Origin: Glycera tridactyla
Lineage: Eukaryota
Direction of reading: 5' to 3'
DNA length: 64,000 nt
Assembly (NCBI GenBank): GCA_965644265.1
Contig: OZ286463.1
Span: 24,862,001-24,926,000, forward strand
Below the pieces are notes generated by a model. The model had not been told where the DNA came from. It was given only the letters and a program-made list of their open reading frames with translations, and did not search any database. How positions within the stretch are numbered: the stretch's first letter is position 1; every line of letters starts with the position of its first letter. This document shows, in pieces, positions 52,860 to 64,000 of the stretch. The position numbers and the translations under genes were made by a program.

Positions 52860-54580
52860 AAGCATACTGATACAAAACTTTTGTCAGCCACACTGATACA
52901 CAGACACGAACACCCTCCACTCTGATACACGATGATACGAACACAAGTCACACTGATACACAAGCATGAACACCACCCACAATGATACACAAACATGAGC
53001 ACCATCCACACTGATAGAACATGAACACAAGTCACACTGATAAACAAGCATGAACACCACCCACAATGATACACAAACATGAGCACCATCCACACTGATA
53101 GAACATGAACACGAGTCACACTGATACACAAGCATGAACACCACCCACAATGATACACAAACATGAGCACCATCCACACTGATAGAACATGAACACAAGT
53201 CACACTGATACACAAGCATGAACACCATCCACAATGATACACAAACATGAGCACCATCCACACTGATAGAACATGAACACAAGTCACACTGATACACAAG
53301 CATGAACACCATCCACAATGATACACAAACATGAGCACCATCCACACTGATAAAACATGAACACAAGTCACACTGATACACAAGCATGAACACCATCCAC
53401 AATGATACACAAATATGAGCACCATCCACACTGATAGAACATGAACACAAGTTACACTGATGCATGAATATGAACGCCACTCACAGTGATAATATGAACA
53501 CCATCCACACTGGTACAAACATAAGTAGCATCCACACTGATACACAAACATGATCACCATCCACAATGATACACAAACATGAACACCATCCACACTGATG
53601 CGAAAATGAATACCATCCACACTGATAAAAACATGAACACCATCCACACTGATACAAACATAAGTAGCATCCACACTGATACAAACATAAGTAGCATCCA
53701 CACTGATACAAACATAAGTAGCATCCACACTGAGATACACAAACATGAACACCATCCACACTGATGCGAAAATGAATACCATCCACACTGATACAAACAT
53801 GAACATCATCAACACTGATACACACATATATACACCACCCCCACTGATACATAGACATGAACATCATCAACACTGATACACACATATATACACCACCCCC
53901 ACTGATACATAGACATGAACATCACCAACACTGATACACACATATATACACCACCCCCACTGATACATAGACATGAACATCATCAACACTGATACACACA
54001 TATATACACCACCCCCACTGATACAAACATGAACATCACCAACACTGATACACACATATATACACCACCCCCACTGATACATAGACATGAACATCACCAA
54101 CACTGATACACACATATATACACCACCCCCACTGATACATAGACATGAACATCACCAACACTGATACACACATATATACACCACCCCCACTGATACATGG
54201 ACATGAACATCACCAACACTGATACACACATATATACACCACCCCCACTGATACATAGACATGAACATCACCAACACTGATACACACATATATACACCAC
54301 CCCCACTGATACATAGACATGAACATCATCAACATTGATACACACATATATACACCACCCCCACTGATACATAGACATGAACATCATCAACACTGATACA
54401 CACATATATACACCACCCCCACTGATACATAGACATGAACATCATCAACACTGATACACACATATATACACCACCCCCACTGATACATAGACATGAACAT
54501 CACCAACACTGATACACACATATATACACCACCCCCACTGAGACATAGACATCAACACCATCCCCACAGATACAAAAACC
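52860..54580. repeat. Compound minisatellite built from a 27-29-bp cacactgataca monomer
   Basis: 84-bp trimers (52949-53460), irregular monomers (53480-53810), 58-bp dimers x13 (53810-54565). Confidence 0.95.
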
Positions 54581-55622
54581 TCTAAATCATCCACAACAAT
54601 ATACAAATGCTACAGAAAACACGTACACCACGCACACTGAGCCGATGCGTGCAGGCATGTGTGTTTGACTCATCGACTACATGTGTGCAGTTCTTCAAAT
54701 GAAGCTCACTGTACTTTCTGTAGTAGATCCCTGCATCAGAATTCTCGAATACACTCGGAAAGAGAGCTGGCTCAGTGCGTATAGGGGAACACCCTTCTAT
54801 TATATAATTCAATACACTGATAAGGTCAATTGGCAGAATAGTTTCTTACGATATTGGCATCAGTGTCATGTTGATGTGTGGATGTTCAGATTCAAAGGAT
54901 TCAACAGCTTTTATTTTGGAGATGAGGATAAATCCTCATTTCCGTTCCAACCACACAACACATCACCTTTCACAATAGACATAATACAAAGAACTCACAT
55001 AGTAAACGCACATATAGAACTCAACATATATGAATTGTAAATAACACAGCACCGGTTGGATTACCGTTACAAAACCCTGTGGTTTAGGGGTAGGTGGTAT
55101 ACTACATCACAGTACTGCATGCAGTTTGCACATAAGAAGGGGGGGGGGGGGGGTGACCGTATTCATCGAACGTCTAGGTTTGACTGTCGTTATACAGACA
55201 TACATTATACATCACATTTATCATAAAAAAAAGATACCTGTCGAGAGTCATGAAGTCTCGATTTGAATACGTTTACGCTATTTGTGTCCTTTATAATAGG
55301 GGGTAGCCCATTGTAACATCGCCCGTGAGATACCAGACATCCAGCTCTCATTCAGACAGGGTATCCAGTGGCAATCATCCCAAGGATCAAGACATGCTCT
55401 CAACCAAACCACTCGACATACCGAGGTCGTGGTAGGTTTGGTAAACAAAACCAAGCTTTACCAGAAATGACACCTTGAGTGTCTGGGAATGTCATGAATC
55501 TTCCCCTTCTATTGGGGACCCACAGGGAGTTTTACACACCCATGCCCATTTTATGGTTGTCTTGATATAGCCCATCTGGTGCCAGACTGCCAACCAACCA
55601 ACCAACCACATACCAAGCAAGC

Positions 55623-55689
<67 letters not shown>

Positions 55690-55692
<3 letters not shown>

Positions 55693-55864
55693 TCAAACCT
55701 GTATTCAGCAACCACCCTCGGGACAGTGAAAAGTGGTTGCTTAAGACAGGTGGTTGTCTAATACAGGTCAATTATAGTGTGAAATATTCTGGAGGGATTT
55801 CAAAAGTGGTTGCTTAAGGCAGGTGGTTGCTTAATAGAGGTGCCCTTTATAGCAGGTTCAACTG
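55690..55864. mobile_element. Tc1/mariner-type MITE adjacent to (TA)n microsatellite
   Basis: CAGTCAAACCTG...CAGGTTCAACTG-TA; the left TA target is extended into a (TA)n run at 55627-55689. Confidence 0.85.
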
Positions 55865-56519
55865 TATTGTATGGAGGTGGTACACATGTGTTCGTGCGCT
55901 TGCGCGTGCGATTGTTTACAGACAGCACAGCTAATCATGGTCAGTCCAGCTGAACTCACGTCTCTCTTTGTTTGACGAACAATAAAACACATTTGTTGAT
56001 GTCAACCATGGGCATAATCCGCCAGCCATCTGTTACCTAGGCAATAAACATTCTCCATCATCCATTCCGTCGGGAACCAAGATCTATGNNNNNNNNNNNN
56101 NNNNNNNNNNNNNNNNNNNNNNNNNNNNNNNNNNNNNNNNNNNNNNNNNNNNNNNNNNNNNNNNNNNNNNNNNNNNNNNNNNNNNNNNNNNNNNNNNNNN
56201 NNNNNNNNNNNNNNNNNNNNNNNNNNNNNNNNNNNNNNNNNNNNNNNNNNNNNNNNNNNNNNNNNNNNNNNNNNNNNNNNNNNNNNNNNNNNNNNNNNNN
56301 NNNNNNNNNNNNNNNNNNNNNNNNNNNNNNNNNNNNNNNNNNNNNNNNNNNNNNNNNNNNNNNNNNNNNNNNTCCCCTTCAATTTCATATCAGTGACGCA
56401 ACGAACTGGCGAGAGTCTCTCGACAAGACGGACCATGATGTGACCAAGTAGCCTTGGTAAAGATCTGACTATGCAAATAAACAACGTAGATTTCACACTA
56501 GTGTGACTGTCATGTTCTG

Positions 56520-56900
56520 TCATATTCAACATTTGCTTCATCTTCCCACTATTGATCAACACTTGCTTGCTCTTCCCACCATCGATAAAGTTTCGCTTAA
56601 TCTTCCCAGCATTGAACAATTCTCGCTTCATCTTCCCATCATTGATCAACACTTGCTTCATTTTCCCAGCATTTATCAACACTTGTTTCATCTTCCCAGC
56701 ATCGACCATCAATAGCTTCATCGTCCCTGCATGGAGGCAACAATTACTTCAACTTTTCAGCATTGACCAATACTTGCTTCATCTTCCCAGCAATAATCAA
56801 TGCTTTCATCTTCCCAGCATTGGCCAGCACTTGTCTCGTCTTCCCGGCATTGACCAACATTTGTTTCATCTTCTCAGCATTGATGATTGACCAACATCTG
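56520..56900. repeat. Degenerate 30-bp tandem repeat
   Basis: Unit approximates catcttcccagcattgatcaacacttgctt, about 12 copies. Confidence 0.85.
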
Positions 56901-59757
56901 CTTGCTTTTTATAGTCAGTATCAGCTTGATCTTTACAGCATTGGCCAACATTCGTTTGATCTCTACAACATGGATCATCCCGTTTCCTCCTCAGCGATAT
57001 CCTGCTTCTTATTTACAGCACCAACCAATACCCGCTTTTCCATGACAACAATTACCACCTTGCCAACGATGGCATTGACCAACGGCTGGTTCCCCATGAC
57101 AGTCGATGTAGCAAATATATGCTCATAAGATTGATGTTTCCGAAGCTCAACAGTGTGTATCTATAAGGATCACTGATGAGGCATATGTTTGTGAAGCCCA
57201 CACAAGTTTATCTATGATGATCACTTATGGAACTGATGTTATAGAAGCCCAGGTCTTTGTATCTATAAGGATGATCTGATGTTCTAGATGTCCTGGTGTG
57301 TGTATCTATAGATATCCATGGAATCCTATGAGATATCTAAGAGATAGCCATGACAATCACTCCTGAATCTATGATGTATGTCTCTATGAGGATTACGTAT
57401 GCGGCCGATGATTCAAAAGCCCAAGAGTAACAACGTGTGTCTCTGATCGAAACGGTAAATTACGGGGCTGATTCCTTGCAACATGGGTGATTCTGTGTTC
57501 AAATGAGACATCTGGATGTGGACCTAGTGCGAGGAGGAGAATGGTGACTAAGCGCAGTTTGCACTCATTACATGCTACTTTGTACTGATTTATAGCCAAC
57601 GGCCAGCGCATAAGCGAATCGGTCTTTTATCGCCCAGCCCCATTTTACCACTCTATCAGCTCGCATGAGGTGTGAGAGACGCATGTATTAATAATTCACA
57701 ACCCCATCTCGCTTACAGGTTCCACGGGCCACTTATACTAAGATGTAAGTGCACTACAAATGATCTCCATCATTATAGTTCTCTTAGAAAAAAACAGGCG
57801 ACTATAGAATGCACTATTGGTAGTTTTCGTACGTTACTGAACCAGGCCACAAACCAGTCAAGCCAGTTAGGGTAGTTATCATCTCCTGCATTCTAGGGTC
57901 ACCACAGTCCACAGAGACCCTACCAACTCATTACAGTACAAGCCTACGTACCTATCATTCCTCAGACTCACAGGCCGAAGTTATCTACCGGCATGTCATA
58001 ATCAAGGGCTACCTAGAACAAATGCATGCCCACGAGGACGACATACAAAAGTTTATCTACAAGTTTCAAGGCCATCGAAACATCATAGCAATGGCATTGC
58101 CGCAACAGACCCCAAACCTGATGCAAGCACAATAACACACCGTAGTTATGGCCTTCCAAACAATCACACTGAAAACCAACCGGCAACTCATGGTACAGAC
58201 TCTTCAACTTCCACTGATAATATTATAAACTAGATACAGTCTGAGTCTATAGGCACCACTGTTCTGGTCCATGGACACATCGCACAAGAGGTCCAGCATA
58301 TCATACCACTTCACAGGCACACCGACTCTGCACACCCGGGTTCTGTTCAGACACGCCAAAACATCACCTCACAGATATACCAACCCTACACTACCCAAAC
58401 ACTCACAGCCAAGGCCAACCAACACTTCATACTGCATCTCGAGATGCCATTAAACCTCAAACAAACAAACAAACAAAAGCATCTCTAGATTTTGCAAACT
58501 TGAATTGAATCCCTCGCACAAATCAAGATTGATTTTGCAAACTTGAATTGAATCCCTCGCACAAAGCAAGATTGACAAACCTCGAAACTCGGTGAACGGA
58601 TAACATAAATTTACTGAAGAAAGCAGAATATGCCCCGTATTAATTTAGATTTTTCCAGGCCGTAATGCAAAAGTGTCCGTCGTACTCACGCATTTGGTTA
58701 TCTCACCGACCAGCTTGTCTTAATGGCCACATCACTAGCTTCTGTGCCTAATCCGACCTTTCTAGAGCCCACCCCTCTTGCTGTTATCCACCGCTCTCCT
58801 TCTAGTGGCAAGCTCAATATTTCCAGCGCCAATGCAACTCGCTCAGTAGTTAATATAGTAAGAAGTACCGGCGGGGTGTGATTACCAAATACTCTATTGG
58901 TATCACTCTTTATCCTAGTGCTCAACAGCATCAGCCCACAAACAGTGGCCAGTCCAATCATTTAAGTGACCAAGCAAGTCATTTTAGTGGCCTGTTGTAT
59001 CATCCCAAGGCCCAACCGCTTATAGGTTCGATATCTTATCTATGCCAGTGGGCACTCCCGATTGGAACGACAAACTACCATCTGGTGACCACCTAACCTC
59101 CCTAGTGCTCTCTTCACCCTCTTCAGCGACCAACCGAATTTTTCGAGTGACCAAGCAAATCATCACAGTGGCCGCGTCATTAATTGTAATGACCAACTCA
59201 TTTTCTGTAGTGGACAACACCGTCCTTTTAGTGTCAATCTAAATGAATCCTTCCACCTTATCCAGACCGGAGTCTGCACTTCCTGGCATCTACAAATGAT
59301 ATTCATTTGTGATGACCGTATGCAGGCCCTCCATCACATTACTGTCACATCCTGGTTGTCTGAATTCAGCCCAGCAGATGTGTGGGATTACAGAGATCCT
59401 TGCATGGATTCAGTAAAGCCAGGTCAGATATCCGACCAGCTGTGCATCACTCATTGCTACCAGGCCCACGTGATGGATGCGGACTCAATACTTCATTAAG
59501 AAACAAGAGACAAAGATAATGCATTGCTTCTAGATATTGCCAATAAAGAACATGTGTATGCATGTCGAATCTCGCTTATCTCCCCTCTCTCACTCTGTCT
59601 TTTTCCCTCCATCCCGCTGCATCCACAACCTTCCTTACTCCCTCGCTCGATCAATCCATCCATCCATTCACCCACCACTCCATCAATCTATTCCTCCATC
59701 CATCCACCCCTCCATCCATCTATCTATCTAACCGTATCTCGTCAGGTTTCAATCATG

Positions 59758-59975
59758 AACCCAGTGCATGCCGACTGGGATATCAAAGGCCGGCTGTGTA
59801 TTTACGAGCCTTTTCCTCTACGCACGTTAAAGATCCACTGCTGTCTTTCGCAAAGAGTAGGGACGGCCCCCGGAAGGCAGTGACCCTTTTCTTCAGCATT
59901 TACAGTTTTTCAGTCCGATATAACCAAAGCGGGTCTAAGTGACGTTAAACTCAAACAAACAAACAAACAAACAAA
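59758..59975 (+). mobile_element. SINE-like family A copy
   Basis: Near-identical to 63368-63588. Confidence 0.85.
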
Positions 59976-61804
59976 TTCAAAAGAGAAACATCAATCGGTA
60001 ACGTGGATGGTTTGAGTCTGCAAGCCTGTTACTGTTTTCGTTTTCGAGGCAATTGAAGAATTTCAGGTGTGGCTTGTGATAAGAGGATCAGAACAGAGTG
60101 GGAGTTCTAAGACTGATTAAAAAAAACAGTACTAATGCTCAGGATTGATTTTACCGTGAATTACATAGTTTATTTATGGTTGCCATGGCAATATGCAAGC
60201 TACGCAGCCATAGAGGCCCGTATCATGATGACATATGCATCATAAAGAATGGGCATGAAATTGAAATTATTCAATTAGCATAAATCTCTTCGAATGCATC
60301 CTTTAATTACGAGAGCTCTCGAATAATTCGATAGAAGCATCGAGGGGAGACAGCAAGAGAGTATCATCTCCAATGAAATGATGTAAGAAATATCAATAAT
60401 TCCGCATAATTAGCATGATAATTCTGTCAAAGTATGAGGCCAATAATTATGTACATTCAAGTTTTATTCGGTTGAAACAAAACCTGATACTGCAAAGTCA
60501 ATACTTTCAATGAAATAAAAAATAAATGGACCATAGTTCAATTGAATTTGAAAGTGCGGCAAGATAGGCAATGATATGCAGAAGTTTAGCTGATCAACAT
60601 AATAAGTAGCAGAATCTTGTATTGAAGAGGCTGGTTCTGAAAGGGGTATCAGTTAGCTTCTTATGGTGAAATAGTGGAAACACTGCATTTCATCTTCTCG
60701 ACTGGAACAATTACGGAGTCATACAAAACAGATACATAAATTACCTGGCAGCAAACACAAGATTTAAGCAGTTATAAGGAAAGTAATATATCAAACATAA
60801 AGTGTAGCTAAGCATTTGAATACGCCCTACGAGTTAACTTGGCTCAGTGAATACATCCCCACCCCGCTCAAGAGCTTATCAGTCACATTACTCCAAGTAT
60901 ACTCATTAATATTCCGAGATCAATTGGTGCCATTGCCAAACGGCTTCTTAGGTTAGTTACCCAGATTGACAAAACACAGTTCTATGTACGCACATGATTA
61001 AGAGTCATACGACACCTAAATCAATTTCAGTTTCATTATTTCCAACAATAATTGGGAGACTTATATTCGAATAGAGCAGATTCCCCTCACCCCCCCCCCC
61101 CTACTCTCCCCTTTAACCAATGTAACTTTGAACAATATAGTCATCTAGGGCCATGTCACCCTGGTCCCCCTTATAAATGCTTATCAAATAAGCATTCCAC
61201 CCCATCCCCATTTCCCATCATATGAAACGTTTTCATTTTATACCCGTCAAATAGTCATCTCTGTATATAGTATGAATGGATAAATTGTGTGCGTATATGT
61301 GTGAGAAAATGCTCATTTTTTAGGATATGAAAGGAGATATGAGTGTGTATGCATGTTTCTTATTTTGGCTATAGATGGGTGACGGATGAATCTTGAATGA
61401 ATGGATACTGTAGATTATGTAAATATCCCTTTTTGTGTTACTTGTTTAATTCTCGTGTGTGCTGTAGAAATCCAGCAGGATAAGTGCACATCTGTAAATA
61501 TGTTCAGTTACAAGAAAAAATAAAGTTTATTGAATTGAATTGAATTGAATTGAATCGAATATTTACATAATATGGTGATGGATGAGGAGAAGATTGATGA
61601 TAATAGCTACAATAAATGTGAGAGTCGTCGTTAAAGAGGGAAGTTCGATCAAAATTGGAAGTGAATGCCAACAGGATGAACGTCATCCATGTTTCAAATG
61701 CAACTTTCCCTCGAGGTTTCGATATCTAGTATTCTCCGAACCTAATACTTTTCCTTGTTTCAAGTACTGCGCTTTGCTTAAAAAAGCATAGCCATAAGGC
61801 TTGA

Positions 61805-62061
61805 GTGTTAGCTTCCAGCCAGATACATAGTTAGATATGCCATTGTCAGGTTCAATCTGTCTCTTTGTAGAGTAGGTAGATGTGTGCCTGAACCATCAGC
61901 TACTGCCGTTTGACAACCTTTCAGGTTCCCCATCATCTTGTGTCAAGGGTTCATGAGAGTGATGTCTGCAGGGGAGAGACCATCTAGCTTTCATTAACCA
62001 GGAACACACGGCATACATAATCCTGTGGGTTGATACATGCCGTTAAACCTAAAAAAACAAA
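61805..62061 (+). mobile_element. SINE-like family B
   Basis: gtgttagctt..tagttagatatgcc...gtgatgtctgcaggggagagacc...gatacatgccgttaaacct(aaac)n; copies also at 26592-26831, 26920-26980, 5635-5795, 305-400 and 44480-44650. Confidence 0.8.
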
Positions 62062-62064
62062 CTG

Positions 62065-62830
62065 TAGGAAGACATCGGCAATAAAGATCACGGAATTGTA
62101 ATTGGGGAATCCAACTCATTGACCATCTTCAGTATCCTGATTCCTCTAGGAGATTCGGGTTGAGATCCTGGGAATCAGAGAGCACCGGAAGACAAGTCAG
62201 AGAGAAGTATGTATTCCTTACCACGTAGAAACCTTTTCGCATATCCGCCCTTTCCAACCCAAGAAGACCCATCCACTATTCAGAAACGTCCAAGATGGCT
62301 ACGAAATGGAATCCTGGGATTAACTTGGGGGTTAACTCTCACCACCTGACATGATTGGGTTTGACGAGTAAATCTAGTGGAATGAAGAGTCTGGTTCCAG
62401 TATATTGTATGTCAGACCGGAGATATCTATGCTAAAAGCCCAATATGCTTCTGGCTAGGAAAGAATTGGGATATGGGCTGATGAGTGAGATCAAAAATGC
62501 ACTTCTGAAACCGGAGTGAATGTCTTCCAGCACTTAGTCGTGCTATGAGCGCTTGCCCGATAAATGACATGTCCAAGCCTCGGCCAGAAACGATAAGCTG
62601 CAGTTGAAGACGGCTAGGTCACATATCCTAACAGTTTTTCTGGCATGCCAGTAGATAAACTGCTCTGATTCCCATGTAACTTGCCATGGGTGTTGTGAAG
62701 GCAAGTCTGCTTTGCATGGATCACTTGGAAAGCTCTATATAAGTTTACTTTTCATGAAAATGGCTCCTGCTTCTAGGAATTCCCTGCCAGTTCATGATCG
62801 ATGTTGATTCTCTACCAGGTTTGATGCTGC
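62065..62830 (-). pseudogene. DIRS-like retroelement relic (tyrosine recombinase N-terminal region)
   Basis: Stop-riddled translation gives SHLG..IVDGSSWVGK....KRFLRG, resembling the DIRS YR motif (H..VDG..VG.H..V.RFL.G). Recognised by eye only. Confidence 0.35.
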
Positions 62831-63367
62831 CAATGATATGAATACTCTCTACCTTTTATCTTTTATTTTATTTCATTTTGAACTGATGTTTAATTGAGCA
62901 TTATGGGTATACGTTGAAACATTTTAATCTTGGGAGGCATTAAAGTGTTTGATTGTATGATTTAGTGATTCATAAGTGAAATTCACATGTTTGATGATTG
63001 GGTTTTGAGAGTAAGATATCCTCATCCTGGCCATTTCGACACAGTGAGCAGCGAGTGGACTAAATGAATGAGGCGCCCACTTGAATGGCGGGAAATTTGA
63101 ATTAATTTCTCTCACAATCACCAGCAGAGGAGATGCGTTTTATTAGGCATCCTTTTATGGGCATACATGCCTAGTTACTACTAGGGCATTCTAGTAGTTG
63201 TCATCGACATGTTCATGACACTGTTGATCTATTCCCGACCAAATGCGTGAAATCATGCTGGATTCAGGAGATACTGATTTCAACCGTGAAATTCCTTGTG
63301 GACAACGTAAGACAAGCTAACTAGATCAAGTTAACTGTATCTCTTGTGATGAATGTCTGTAGGACAA

Positions 63368-63588
63368 AATCCAGTGCATGCCGACTGGGATATCAAAGGC
63401 CGGCTGTGCATTTAAGAGCCTTTTCCTTTACTCACGTTAAAGATCCACTGCTGTCTTTCGCAAAGAGTAGGGGAGGCCCCGGCAGGCAGTGACTCTTTTC
63501 TTCAGCATTTTCAGTTTTTTCAGTCCGATATAACCCAAGCGGGTTTAAGTGACGTTAAACTCAAACAAACAAACAACAAACAAACAAA
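63368..63588 (+). mobile_element. SINE-like family A with (CAAA)n tail
   Basis: ccagtgcatgccgactggg...tcgcaaagagtaggg...gacgttaaactc(aaac)n; TSD ctg(t/c)aggacaa. Confidence 0.85.
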
Positions 63589-64000
63589 CTGCAGGACAAT
63601 GTTCGGCCATGTGTTTAGGGCAAGTTTACGTTTAGAATAGGTGAAATAATGTGAAAAATACCTCTGTAGGATGAACTGAGAGCGGTTGCTCAGTGCATGT
63701 TTTTTTTTTGCTTAGGACAAGTTCCACTGTGAAATAGGCATACCTGTCACCTCTTTCAGTGTCCACCTGAAGTGAGGACATGAAGCTGTGCTCATTATAG
63801 TGAAGGGATCAAAGAGTGGCATCATTACATCGTTCCCTGGGATGATCCGGCAAATTCGTCGGATTTATTCAGTCACATAATCCTTCCATCTGACAGAGAG
63901 TACGAGACACTACACGTGAATATTGATCGCAGTGACTTACACACTTCCTGTACACGTGATGGATTTACTTCCAGTACCGATAGAAGATGGAGTCTAGGCC

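Noticed and set aside
52844-53885. Long Cys/Val-rich ORFs (up to 327 aa)
   Set aside because: They are translations of the cacactgataca minisatellite.

Overview
Repeat-rich eukaryotic genomic DNA from an invertebrate animal; the repeat families look lophotrochozoan/mollusc-like (inferred). The window has 13 short N gaps and no CRISPR array or rRNA. I recognised no true tRNA gene. Two host genes are supported. (1) On the minus strand, the last C2B exons of a synaptotagmin (Syt-alpha / Syt3-6-9-10-like): 39658-39829 and 37755-37858, the latter running into a gap. Its upstream exons were not found and are probably in a gap or beyond the window. (2) On the plus strand, the terminal exon (13442-14059) of an acidic, low-complexity protein with a C-terminal transmembrane anchor, probably preceded by an exon carrying an RNP1-like motif. 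The rest is a dense mix of TA-flanked Tc1/mariner-type MITEs, hAT-like MITEs with 5- and 6-bp TSDs and four SINE-like families. There are also two Helentron-like elements carrying satellite arrays, a CR1/L2 reverse transcriptase split by nested insertions, a decayed THAP-domain element, a DIRS-like relic, minisatellites and microsatellites. The most striking observation is a 52-bp tandem repeat that quadruplicates the intron/exon junction of the synaptotagmin C2B exon. It creates four candidate 3' splice acceptors: two in frame and two leading to premature stops.
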